Shown: in pieces, positions 39,001 through 50,409 of the stretch | How the letters are laid out: the number at the start of each line of letters is the position of its first letter | How positions within the stretch are numbered: position 1 is the first letter of the stretch | From: Macrostomum lignano | Taxonomy: Eukaryota | Assembly: GCA_002269645.1 (NCBI GenBank) | Contig: NIVC01001502.1 | Location: 131,827 to 195,826, forward strand | Direction: 5' to 3' | Length of the DNA: 64,000 nt | The notes under the pieces: model-generated | Database searches by the model: none | What the model saw: only the letters and a program-made list of their open reading frames with translations | What the model was told of the DNA's origin: nothing | Program-made: the position numbers and the translations under genes

Positions 39001-39318
39001 CACCTGTGCCACAGCGGACAGACCCCTGTTGGCCATCTTCTCCGCGTAGATTTCAATCTGGCCATCCTCGAAGCCGAATCGTTTCTGCAGCACGGCGGTG
39101 AGCTCGCGAACCTTGCGGCCCTTCTCGCCCAGCACGCTCTGGGTGCGGGTGGCCAGCACGATCACCTCGATCTTGGCCGGGGTCACGCGGAGCTCGATGC
39201 CCGAGTACCCGTCCTCGGCTAGTTCGCGCTTCAAGAATTCGTCCAGTTCGGCGCGGAACACGCCGTTGGCAACGAATGCCCGCTTCTTGCTCATCACAGC
39301 ATTCTTGCTGGCGGCCAT
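36040..39318 (-). CDS. RPS3: 40S ribosomal protein S3 (uS3), 244 aa
   Basis: Exons 39318-39004, 36745-36494, 36207-36040, phase 0. Motifs [65 protein letters not shown]. Confidence 0.98.
36232..36478. repeat. Minisatellite, 14 bp unit gagtcatacagt/cacg, RPS3 intron 2
   Basis: Tandem copies. Confidence 0.92.
36850..37386. repeat. Minisatellite, 23-26 bp unit ctgattgatctggcgccatctgaca, RPS3 intron 1
   Basis: Tandem copies. Confidence 0.94.
37415..37497 (-). ncRNA. Box C/D snoRNA, diverged paralog (type 3)
   Basis: TGGCA stem - C ATGATTT - guide CTGCTGTTCACATT - D' CGTA - C' ATGACGA - D ATGA - TGCCA stem; 83 nt, sense to RPS3. Confidence 0.72.
37632..37721 (-). ncRNA. Box C/D snoRNA, type 2, RPS3 intron 1
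   Basis: C ATGATTA (37716-37710), guide ACTGCTGTTCACATT, D' CGTT, C' ATGACGA, D ATGA (37639-37636); terminal stem weak. Confidence 0.62.
37764..37845 (-). ncRNA. Box C/D snoRNA, type 1, RPS3 intron 1
   Basis: 8-bp terminal stem AGTTGGCA/TGCCAACT directly flanking C GTGATTA and D ATGA; guide CTGCTGTTCACATT before D' CGTA; C' ATGCCGA; 82 nt. Confidence 0.78.
37855..38960. repeat. Minisatellite, 12 bp unit gaggatggg(t/a)ct
   Basis: Tandem copies with higher-order block duplications. Confidence 0.96.
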
Positions 39319-39349
39319 GCTTGCATGCGGACAGTGGATACTCTTATTT

Positions 39350-39955
39350 AACCTGACTCTTATCTCCCTACTGACTCTCCTTATTTCACTACAGACTGTT
39401 CTCATCTCTCCCCCTCCTGACTATCCCCCTACTGACTCTCCCCCTACTGACTCTCCCCTTACTGACTCTACCCCTACTGACTCTCCCCCTACTGACTCTC
39501 CCCCTACTGACTCTCAACTACTGATTTTGGTCTACTTACTCTCCTCATCTCCCTACTGACTCTCCTCATCTCCCTACTGACTCTCTCCCTACTGATTCTC
39601 CCCCTACTGACTATCCCCTACTGACTATCCCCTACTGACTCTCCCCCTACTGACTATCCCCTACTGACTCTCCCCCTACTGACTATCCCCTACTGACTCT
39701 CCCCCTACTGACTATCCCCTACTGACTCCCCCCCTACTGACTATCCCCTACTCACTCATCCCCTACTTACTCTCCCCCTACTGACACCCCCTACTGACTC
39801 TCCCCCTACTGACTCTCTTCCTACTGACTCTCCCCCTACTGACTATCCCCTACTGACTCTAACCCTACTGACTACCCCTACTGACTACCCCCTACTGACT
39901 CTCCCCCTACTGACTCTCCCCCTACTGACTCTCCCCAACCGACACTACCCCCTAC
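39350..39955. repeat. Minisatellite, 15-16 bp unit ctactgactctcccc, upstream of the RPS3 ATG
   Basis: Tandem copies. Confidence 0.94.
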
Positions 39956-41004
39956 AGCCTGACAAGTGGCAGTAAAGGAGCCAAGAACCAAGTGAAGTCG
40001 CATAATGCAGAGCTTATAAATCTGCACTAGTTACTAAAAACAATTGCAACTTAAAGATTTAGGCGACAGCTTAACTGAAGACGCGTCTCGTTTTATTAAA
40101 AAATATTTTTCATATTTCCACTTCATATATAAAAAGTAAAAGGAGGGTTGCGGCTGTCAGATGTCTTAAGTCAAACAAAATGATATTAAGGGTCAAATTT
40201 AGGGAGAAAATAAGACGGTGACAGCTTCAGACACTGAATTGATTTGCAGATAAGAGAGTTATTTAATAACAAAAAGGGCATTAACGATACAATGGGTTTG
40301 TACAACAGGATTAAAAGTAATAAACTACTGCCAGTAGCTGGGTTATAAGCTATATATATTGCTACAGCACAAAGCAAAGACGAGACCCAAAGAAAATGTG
40401 CGAGTTCTGCCGCCCCACCCACGGACCGAAGCACCTGCACTCGCGCTGCACACGCTCAATAGTGAATAATTAATAATCCGATTAATACATTTTTGCATAC
40501 ATTCTGTTCGAAAAACAACTTAATAAACACACGGCAGTGACACAAAACATGTGCGATAAACTATTATTGTACGCAGAAGCAAACTAAATTAATATAGAGA
40601 GTAAATTTATAAATAAACATACAATCAATCACAATTTCTGTTGACAAATAAAGATTCTTAGCGGGGTCGCTAACCAGCGTCTGCAATTTTCTAATAAAGT
40701 TGTCTAGCTAGAGAATGGACAGAGAAAAAAATTGACCTTGTTCGATGCACGTCTCAAGTTTTGTTCTCAATGGAAAAATTGTCTCATCACGCTACTATTG
40801 AAGGGCTTCTACACGGATAAGTAGTGAGTTTAGGTGATGAGCTGAATATTAATTCAATTTGTGTATTTTTACAATGCAAAGCAAGCAGTTCTCGAAATTG
40901 TACGATTTGGATGGCAGAGTGCGCGAGAAATATGCCGAAATAAAAGTACTCATTGGAGTACGCGCGAACTCTTCACTGTCACATTTACAAGCATTTTGAG
41001 GGCC

Positions 41005-41825
41005 ATGCTTATGGTGATTTGTGGGCGATTCTTATGGTGATTTGTGGGCGATTCTTATGGTGATTTGTAGGCGATTCTCATGGTGGTTTGTGGGCGATTC
41101 TTATGGTGGTTTGTGAGCGATTCTTATGGTGATTTGTGGGCGATTCTTATGGTGATTTGTAGGCGATTCTCATGGTGGTTTGTGGGCGATTCTTATGGTG
41201 GTTTGTGGGCGATTCTTATGGTGATTTGTGGGCGATTCTTATGGTGATTTGTAGGCGATTCTCATGGTGGTTTGTGGGCGATTCTTATGGTGGTTTGTGG
41301 GCGATTCTTATGGTGGTTTGTGGGCGATTCTTATGGTGGTTTGTGAGCGATTCTTATGGTGGTTTGTAGGCGATTCTCATGGTGGTTTGTGGGCGATTCT
41401 TATGGTGATTTGTAGGCGATTCTCATGGTGGTTTGTGGGCGATTCTTATGGTGGTTTGTGGGCGATTCTTATGGTGGTTTGTGGGCGATTCTTATGGTGG
41501 TTTGTGAGCGATTCTTATGGTGGTTTGTAGGCGATTCTCATGGTGGTTTGTGGGCGATTCTTATGGTGATTTGTAGGCGATTCTCATGGTGGTTTGTGGG
41601 CGATTCTTATGGCGGTTTGTGGGCGATTCTCATGGTGGTTTGTGGGCGAGTCTCATGGTGGTTTGTGGACGATTCTTATGGTGGTTTGTGAGCGATTCTT
41701 ATGGTGATTTGTAGGCGATTCTCATGGTGGTTTGTGGGCGATTCTTATGGTGGTTTGTGGGCGATTCTCATGTTGGTTTTTTGGCGAGTCTCATGGTGAT
41801 TTTTTGGCGAGTCTCATGGTTTGTT
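41005..41825. repeat. Minisatellite, 23 bp unit ttatggtggtttgtgggcgattc
   Basis: Tandem copies. Confidence 0.96.
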
Positions 41826-42017
41826 TTTTCAGGCTTGGAAGAAAGGTGATACAGTTCGGTTTTAGGGAGGAGATTCTTACGAGTTTTTTCACACAGTTTC
41901 AAAGCAATCAATCAGTTTTGGTAAAAAAAAGCAATTTTAAGTGAAATCAGTGACTTCTTACAAAGCAATAGATGTATGCATATATTGTCATTAACTTATC
42001 AACGGTCGCTAATTGCA

Positions 42018-45000
42018 TCAGCCAATCTGCATGCCCTGACCGCAGATGGACGAACTCTGCTGCTGCTGCTGAGGCAAATCAGACGAGGAGTTCAATGATC
42101 CCGTAGCAACAGCGGCGCCTGCTGCCATGCTGATAGTCACGCTAATGCCCAGGTTGCCAGTCTCAGCGAACAGGGAGGCAATATTTGAATCGAATACCAG
42201 GCAGTCCGAGTTCGCAATGGCGGCGTGCACGCCGTCGTGTATTGACCGCGGCGTCGCTTCCCAGGTGAGTCGGCGGCGCTGGCCATTGAGCTCGAGTCTG
42301 TAGGCGAACTGCTCCGCTTGCTTGCGGGTGCCAATGAGCTGCACGATGGCGTAGAACATCACCTGCAGTATAGGCGGGGTGGAGATGCTATTTGAGAAGA
42401 TGAGAAGTTGGGCAGTGGTGGTTAAGCTAGCTAACATCATGCTGTTGTGTAAATGAAGAAGACACATAATATAATGAGATGGGACTGGAGATGGGATCGG
42501 GTATGGGTTTGGAAATGGGATTCGGTGTGGGACTGAAGATACGCTTGGGTATGGGAATGGAGATGGGATCGAGTATCGGACTGAAGATGGGATCGGGTAT
42601 GGGACTAGAGATGGGATCGGGTATGGGACTAGAGATGGGATCGGGTATGGGACTGGAGATAGGATCGGGTATGGGAATGGAGATGGGATTGAGTATGGGA
42701 CTGAAGATGGGATCGGGTATGGGACTGGGAGATGGGATCGGGTATGGGACTGGGAAATGGGATCTAGGATCGGGTAAGGGACTGAAGATGGGATCGGGTA
42801 TGAGACTGGAGATGGGATCGGGTATGGAACTGAGATGGGATCGGGTATGGGACTGGAGATGGGATCGGGTATGGAACTGAAGATGGGATCGGGTATGGGA
42901 CTGAAGATGGGATCGGGTATGGGACTGGAGATAGGATCTGGTATAGTATGGGAATGGAGAAAGGATCTGCAATGGGATCAGGTATGGGACTGAATAACCT
43001 ATTATTTGCTCATACAAAGCATGTTGCTGTCGTCATAGCTCAAATCTTTAAGGCTAACGAATGTGAACAGCAGTAATGCAATTTAATCATAGCTGCTCAT
43101 ATAAAACAACAAAATCATATTTTATGAAATCAATTCCAGTTGGCATCATACTGAACAATATGCTGTCGGCATAACTTGTACGAATGTGAACAGCAGAATG
43201 GTTTTAATCATTGCCAACTTGGGAATTGACGGGAGATGGGACTCGGGATGGGTCTGAGGATAGGTCTGAGGATGGGACTGAGGATGGGACTGAGGAAGGG
43301 TCTGAGGATGGGTCTGAAGATGGAACTGAGGAAGAGTATGAGTTAGGGTCTGAGGATGGGTCTGAGGAAGGGTCTGAGGATGGGTCTGAGGATGGGTCTG
43401 ATGATGGGTCTGAGGATGGGTCTGAGGATGGGTCTGAGGATGGAACTGAGGATGGAACTGAGGACGGGACTGTAGAAGGGTCTGAGGATGGGTCTGAGGA
43501 TGGGACTGAGGATGGGTCTGAGGATGGGTCTGAGGATGGGTCTGAGGATGGGTCTGAGGATGGAACTGAGGACGGGACTGTGGAAGGGTCTGAGGATGGG
43601 TCTGAGGATGGAACTGAGGACGGGACTGTGGAAGGGTCTGAGGATGGGACTGAGGATGGGACTCAGGATGGGACTGAGGGTGGGACTGGGTATGGCACTG
43701 GAGATGGGATCGGGTATGGGACTGAAGATGGGATCGAGTATGGGACTGAAGATGGGATCGGGTATGAGACTGGAGATGGGATCGGGTATGGGACTGGAGA
43801 TGGGATCGGGTATGGGACTAGAGATGGGATCGGGTATGGGACTGGAGATGGGATCGGGTATGGGACTGAAGATGGGATCGGGTATGGGACTGGAGATAGG
43901 ATCTGGTATAGTATGGGAAGGGAGAAAGGATCTGCAATGGGATCAGGTATGGGACTGAATAACCTATTATTTGCTCATACAAAGCATGTTGCTGTCGTCA
44001 TAGCTCAAATCTTTAAGGCTAACGAATGTGAACAGCAGTAATGCAATTTAATCATAGCTGCTCATATAAAACAACAAAATCATATTTTATGAAATCAATT
44101 CCAGTTGGCATCATACTGAACAATATGCTGTCGGCATAACTTGTACGAATGTGAACAGCAGAATGGTTTTAATCATTGCCAACTTGGGAATTGACGGGAG
44201 ATGGGACTCGGGATTGGTCTGAAGATGGGACTAAGGATGGGTCTGACGATGGGTCTGAGGATGGAACTGAGGATAGGACTGAGGATGGACTGAGGATGGG
44301 ACTGACGATGGGACTGACGATGGGTCAGAGGATAGGTCTGAGGATGGGTCTGAGGACGGGTCTGAGGATAGGTCTGAGGACGGGTCTGAGGACGGGTCTG
44401 AGGATGGGACTGAGGACGGGTCTGAGGATGGGTCTGAGGATGGGACTGAGGGTGGGACTCAGGATGGGACTGAGGGTGGGACTGGGTATGGGACTGGAGA
44501 TGGGATCGGGTATGGGACTAAAGATGGGATCGGGTATGGCACTGGAGATGGGATCGGTTATGGGACCGAAGATGGGATCGGCCGATCGGGTATGGGACTA
44601 AAGATGGGATTGGGTATGGGACTCAAGATGGGATCGGGTATGGGACTGGAGATGCGACTGGGTATGATACTAAAGATGGGATCGGGTATGGCACTGGAGA
44701 TGGGATCGGGTATGGGACTGAAGATGGGATCGGGTATGGGACTAAATATGGGACTGAAGATAGGATCGAGTATGGGACTGCAGATTGGGTCGGGTATGCG
44801 ACTAAATGCATGACCAATTATCTGCTTATACAAGGCATGTCACTGCTATCACGGTTAAAATATTTTGAAAAGGAACACACAGGATTGCGAGAGAGAAGAA
44901 TGGCCCACTCACCTGACTATCCATTCGCTCCTGTTTCTCCAGTACAAGCATGAAATGATAGCCGAAGCAATTCTGCATCATGACCCAATCCACCGCGCCG

Positions 45001-45716
45001 GGCAAATTAATATCAGTAGCCAAAAAGATGATATCTTCTCCCTGCAAAGTGGTGATGCTCTTGTGCTGCTGCGTGAGGTGCTGCATGACATTCTCAAGTG
45101 AGCCCTGCCATTTGCAGCTGGCGCCAGGACAGGGACAAACGTACGGCCGGAATTCGCAGATCTCCTCGTGCTCAGCCTTAGCCGTGTGGTGAAACGCTGC
45201 CAGACAACCATTGCTGGCGTATTTGCACGGGAACTGTACCTGGGCGGCTAGGCGCTCCATAGCCAAGTTGCGAATATTGGCCAGAGGCCCGCGACAGCTC
45301 GGACAGCTGGTGAGTTTAGCCCGGCAGTTTGAGCACACAATGTGACCAGCCTGGCACTGGATTACAGGGGGCAGGGCGTAGTCAAAGCACACCGGGCACT
45401 CGAATAGCGAGGCCAGTTCCATATTGTGCGCGGCCGAGTCTGCGGCGCTAGCGCCGGCGCCAACTAAAGACGCGGCGCCGGGCGTTAAGCCGGACGAAGA
45501 AGGCGAGGCGGCGAGGGCGGCGGCGGCAGCTGCGGCGGCGCCAATCATCTGCGGCAGCACTGGCACGGATTTGGCGCCGGCGCATCCAGCGGCGCTATCA
45601 GACTGTAATGGCGCCGGCCGACCAATTGGGGCGCCGGTGGTAGCGGCGGCGCTGCTGTTGCTATTCCTATAGTGAGCCGAGGCCTTTGACGAAGGGTGAA
45701 CTTTGTTGCCATTCAT
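42018..45716 (-). CDS. SIAH: E3 ubiquitin ligase SIAH/seven in absentia, about 382 aa
   Basis: Exons 45716-44913 and 42362-42018, phase 0. [36 protein letters not shown], zinc fingers [25 protein letters not shown], and [37 protein letters not shown]. Confidence 0.97.
43006..43095 (-). ncRNA. Box C/D snoRNA, type 2, SIAH intron copy 1
   Basis: Same sequence as 37632-37721 through all boxes and the guide. Confidence 0.58.
43138..43219 (-). ncRNA. Box C/D snoRNA, type 1, SIAH intron copy 1
   Basis: AGTTGGCA-ATGATTA...CTGCTGTTCACATT-CGTA...ATGA-TGCCAACT. Confidence 0.72.
43971..44060 (-). ncRNA. Box C/D snoRNA, type 2, SIAH intron copy 2
   Basis: Duplicate of 43006-43095. Confidence 0.58.
44103..44184 (-). 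ncRNA. Box C/D snoRNA, type 1, SIAH intron copy 2
   Basis: Duplicate of 43138-43219. Confidence 0.72.
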
Positions 45717-48700
45717 TGTTGGCACTGGCAGTGTGCTCAATTATAGAGGGCTGATTACTACTCGCAAAGCAGGAATGGTGGATTACACCACAGCATCCTG
45801 CATTTGGACCATGAGTTCTAAATTGGCACTCTGTATTTTATTCACTGATTTTTTTAATTTGAAGTATCAATAATTTTAAAAGTATTAGGACTCTTGCAAT
45901 TTTAATACTTCTATCAATTGTCAAACAAGCAAGCATTTAAACATACAAACCTTAGAGATTTAGTACATTTAGATGATAGGGCAAATATTTGATTTAATTT
46001 ACAAGTTTTGACTGCACCAGCAAGCAAGTTAGGTTTGAATTCACCATCCTGACTTTGGACCTAAGATGCCAAATGTCACAGTGATTCTCAATGCTTAAAT
46101 GGTGATTTTTGTAAATATATTGATATTGATCATTTGTTATACAAGTAATACCTTGTAATACATTAAAACCTTATAGAGGTCAAGTTATTCTATACAAAGA
46201 GAACTGAATATAGGATTATAGTTTAATAATTGGATAGTCAAAATATTAAAAAATTATAGATAGAATTACTCATAGGAATATATACACTCATTTAGAGTCA
46301 ATATAAGAGTCAATAAAAGAAAACTTAGACTAGTATCCAGACTACTTGGAATATAATAAATAGCAATGCTCAAGTTAAACTATGAATTCTAGTAAAATAT
46401 TGAGTGAATTAATAGCATTAAATAACTGATTTAAACCTATGATAACACTGGTTGTAACATTAAAACAAAATTATAAATAGTTAGACATGTCTCCATTACA
46501 AATAGTTAATACATAAATAACCTGTTGGACAATATGATTTGATAACCAATAGAATCAAGACTGTTACTCTTTTAATTGTGAGATTTGCATTGTAATTTAT
46601 TAACCCTAACCCTAACCATCTTTTTTCATTATCTGATTCTAGGATTTTAGGAATCCAAATCAAATGCAAATGCAGTCTTGCATTTAAGTTGGCAACCATC
46701 TAGGAAGAAATGTATTAAACCTGGCTAGTCCACTTAGCTTTAAATATAAGATTATAGAAATATATGTTATATATATAAATTACAAGACCTCATTTGTATG
46801 CCAGAACTAAAAAATATGCCATTGACATAATGTTTCCACTGTGTTATATATGCTGAGATATATGTTGATGTATGCTGAAAAATGGCAAATACCTTTATTG
46901 CATATTGGGAAATCCTGGCATATATGTTGTCTTATACATGCCCAACCTCAAAATTTCACCCATCTGGTGCAACTTAGTTTTGTCTAGATTTGCGACTTAG
47001 TTCTTCTTGATTGCAACTTAGTTCCCCTAATTGTGACCTAATTTTCATTTTGTATATGACTTTTCTTGCCTTTTCTCGTTTTTTTCTTTTTTTCTTCTTT
47101 TTTTCACACTTTTCTCCCTCCATTTTTTCCTTTTTCTCTTCCTTTCCTTTCTTTCTTTGGCATTTTTTGTTGTTTTTTGCATTTTCAATTTTGTGACTTA
47201 CCTGGCCAGCAGCCATTCCACCCATCCAATTTGGATGGGTCAGTTGGACAGGTGTTAGGCATGTATGTATTGTCTTCCAAACTATGGCAAATGAAAGAAG
47301 TATCAATTTAATAATATAATGATATATAATATAATGTAATAATGCAATGCGATAATATAATATAATATACATAATTAGTACTTCTTTCATTTGCCATAGT
47401 TTGGAAGATGACATATATGCTAGGATTTCCCAGTATACAACAAAGGTATTTGCTTTGGTCTAAAAATTATTTTTAGATAGGAAAAATATAAATATAGGTT
47501 GGTACCATTTGATATAAGGGCACTAATATAGTTTTGTCTGTGAAATTATTTTTCTATTGAATTTAGCTAAACTAATAATTTTAATTTTTTAAGTGGTAAT
47601 TTTAAATCTTATAAATGATAAAATATACTTTAAAATTTAATTTTATAGGCCCTATTTCAATATATTTTTTGCTTCAGAAAAAGACTCTGTAAAAAATGCT
47701 TTTTGCTATTCTTTCTTTCCACTAAGCAATTATCAGACACTACACCTTTGGGCCATAGATAGGTCTAAGTCACAAGGTAGACTTTTGTTAATCTTTATCA
47801 CACAAATCATCAATTCAAAGCCTTGGCACTGGCACAAATTCAAATGAAAAATAATTTTGTGAAATACTGTTGACTAGGCTAAGGTGACCATGATGTTAAA
47901 ATGTCATCAACATTATCAATCATTGGAAGTGGCATGAATTCAATAGAAAAATAATTTTGCAAATGAAATTGCACTAGTCAGCTAATGGCCAATGCCAATA
48001 GGCTTATCCTATGCATAGAAAAATGTTCAATTTTTTCATAGGACATAGGCCCCTAGGGTCTATTTGCTATTCTGTTAAGCAGTTAAGCTTAATCCTTAAA
48101 GCCTAACCCTAAAGGTCTGGCTTAGGCCTAGCCTTAGCTTAGGTAGCACTGATAGGCCTAGAAGTACAGCAATTCAATAAGACTTAGGCCGCTAGACCTT
48201 AGGCTTAGCCTAAGGCACAATGGCACTGGCACATTTTATTCCATTAGCTAGACCTAGGCCGTCCTCTCCTTTATCCTATAATAAAGGCAAGGCCTTAGGC
48301 CTAGTAGGCCTAGGACAAATAGACTGTAGGCCCTAAAGTACAATAGTTCCAATTGTTATAAAAACTGGGGGCATTGCCTGGTTTCTTATGCCTATTATAT
48401 TTAGAGATTTTGGAGTACAAGCCTTAGAGGAGAGGAGAGTTACCCTAGAACTTATAGTCAAAGGCAAGTGCTTCTCGTGGTATAACTGGCATGTCTGACC
48501 TGATGTTACTCGACTCAGGCCTCAGGGCAGGTCCACTGCAGCCTGATCGGTTCAGTGCCGCCTCAAAACGACAAATATTTAGCACTTTATACACAATTCA
48601 GACAAAGTTTAATAGTAATTTTAAACAAAGAATTATATTTGTACAGAACTAAGTTTATAATGCTTTCAAACATTGACCAAAAGTTTAAAACATGTACGTT

Positions 48701-50409
48701 GTTAAAATGAGTTAAAGGAATAAAGAGTTTTAAGCCGTCATATTAGAACCTTTATAAAAAGGGGGTCCATGAGAATTGACTAAAGACGAAATGCTTGTCA
48801 AGATTTGTCCACAGGATATTTTCCCGTGAAAGCTTTTGCCAAATAAGGCAAAGTGGTTTAAAAAAATAACCTACGTAAAATTTTCGTAACTATTATCAAT
48901 TAACTAACTAAGCTGTTAGATGGAAAGTTAAATTCAACTGACAAAAAATGAACTGTTTATCACTAGCGAAAAGGTGACTTATAGTTAGCTTTGTGTACAG
49001 TATTACAAGTGCAAATACGCTACATTCGACCGGATCATGGCTTTAGACAAGAGTTTTAATTCCTGCCTATATAATATGCGAGCCCCCTCATGCCTAGGTT
49101 TAGTCAAGGAGCTCGAATCAGTTCAGTACAGTTCGTTTCGTTTTGCTTTAGTTTTGTCTCGCCAGTAAATACAGTTTCTCAGTTCTGCATTGGCCCTTCT
49201 CCCATTGTCAAAAATCAGCCTTTCTGATAATGAAAGTGTCTATGGTCAAACCTGATCCACACTCAATATATTTCTTCACTTAATTGAAACCTCTGGATAA
49301 TGGTGTTCATCTCGCGATAACAATGGGTTATTTTTAAAACAGAAAAATGGGTTAATTCTTTCTTGAAACAACGCGAACAAGAAAGAATAAACACAATAGT
49401 ATACTCGTTCGTATTAAATGGTGAAAATTAGTCTCCATGTACAGCAGAATTGTCACAGGTACCATCCTCCTTTATTACAGTTGGCAATTGTTGAGAGTAC
49501 AATTTTTATTGTGAAGATACTCCGGCCGTTCGTCTCCCGACCATCAGCCACATTACATGTTTCACCTTTTCTTGCGCGATGGAGCTCTGGATGCGCTGAT
49601 GTCGGTGCATTGTTACATGACCGCGTGGGTCTGTGCGTTTTCTCCCCATGCTCAGAGCAAGCGACACTGCATTTTTGCAAGGACTGTCCCGTTTCATCGC
49701 CAGGTAGCGCCGGACAGTGCCCTCGGACTTTTGATCCGTAATAGCCATGCTCATTGAATGCCCTTCCGATTCCAGATCGCACACTCTGCTAACTCTAGTC
49801 TAGAACGGAGCAGGAAACAAGACCAGGGAAATTCAAATTATTTTCAATCATGCAAACACATCGGGAAAGTCACATATACTTTCATCGACCCACTAACTCA
49901 CCGCGGATGCTGATTTGTGTATTCCTTCGGCAGCGGCACTTCTTTACTCAGCGCCTTCTTGAAGGTCCTTAGAGTACGAGGTAGTTGATTCCTCGCTTCT
50001 TTCTGCTTTGAAAAAAATCACCTGGTGCCTCCGACAATTAATCCTCGTCAGTATCACTGTTCTCCAAGAAATTGAAAGATAGAAAAGTTAAAAAATCTTA
50101 GATCATTGTCCTTGATGTCCTTCTCGGATGAAGACTCACGAGATCCAATTGAGTTCCTTAATTGAATAAACTTCCATTGTCCTGACTCAGTTCTCAACCT
50201 GGACCTGCTCTGAGGCTAACACAAGGACAACTTAAGTAGATTACTTGAGTAACTTTAAGTACTTAAGTTGTCCTTGACCCGAAGGGACTGGTGGCAGCAC
50301 TTACCTACGCAACCAAGAAAGCTTCCGCTTAAAGCAGCGGTGGGATACCTACCAGGCATTTGCACCACAGCGCGCAAGACCCCGATTTCGTCAGATTTCA
50401 TGACTCTGT

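Larger units (their letters stand above)
42476..44810. repeat. Composite higher-order repeat in the SIAH intron: 24 bp gggatcgggtatgggactgaagat array + 240 bp snoRNA core + 12 bp gaggatgggtct array; period 965 bp
   Basis: Cores at 43008-43250 and 43973-44214 separated by both satellite types. Confidence 0.93.

Noticed and set aside
36208-39003. U15/SNORD15 orthology of the RPS3 intronic snoRNAs (vertebrate RPS3 hosts U15)
   Set aside because: The units are about 82 nt with a different guide from what I recall for U15, so they were not named SNORD15.
46601-46617. Telomere-like (TAACCC) repeat
   Set aside because: Under three units; expected by chance.
49453-49784. Minus-strand ORFs faintly resembling a LINE/RTE 3' end
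   Set aside because: No recognisable RT or endonuclease motif; similarity is subjective.
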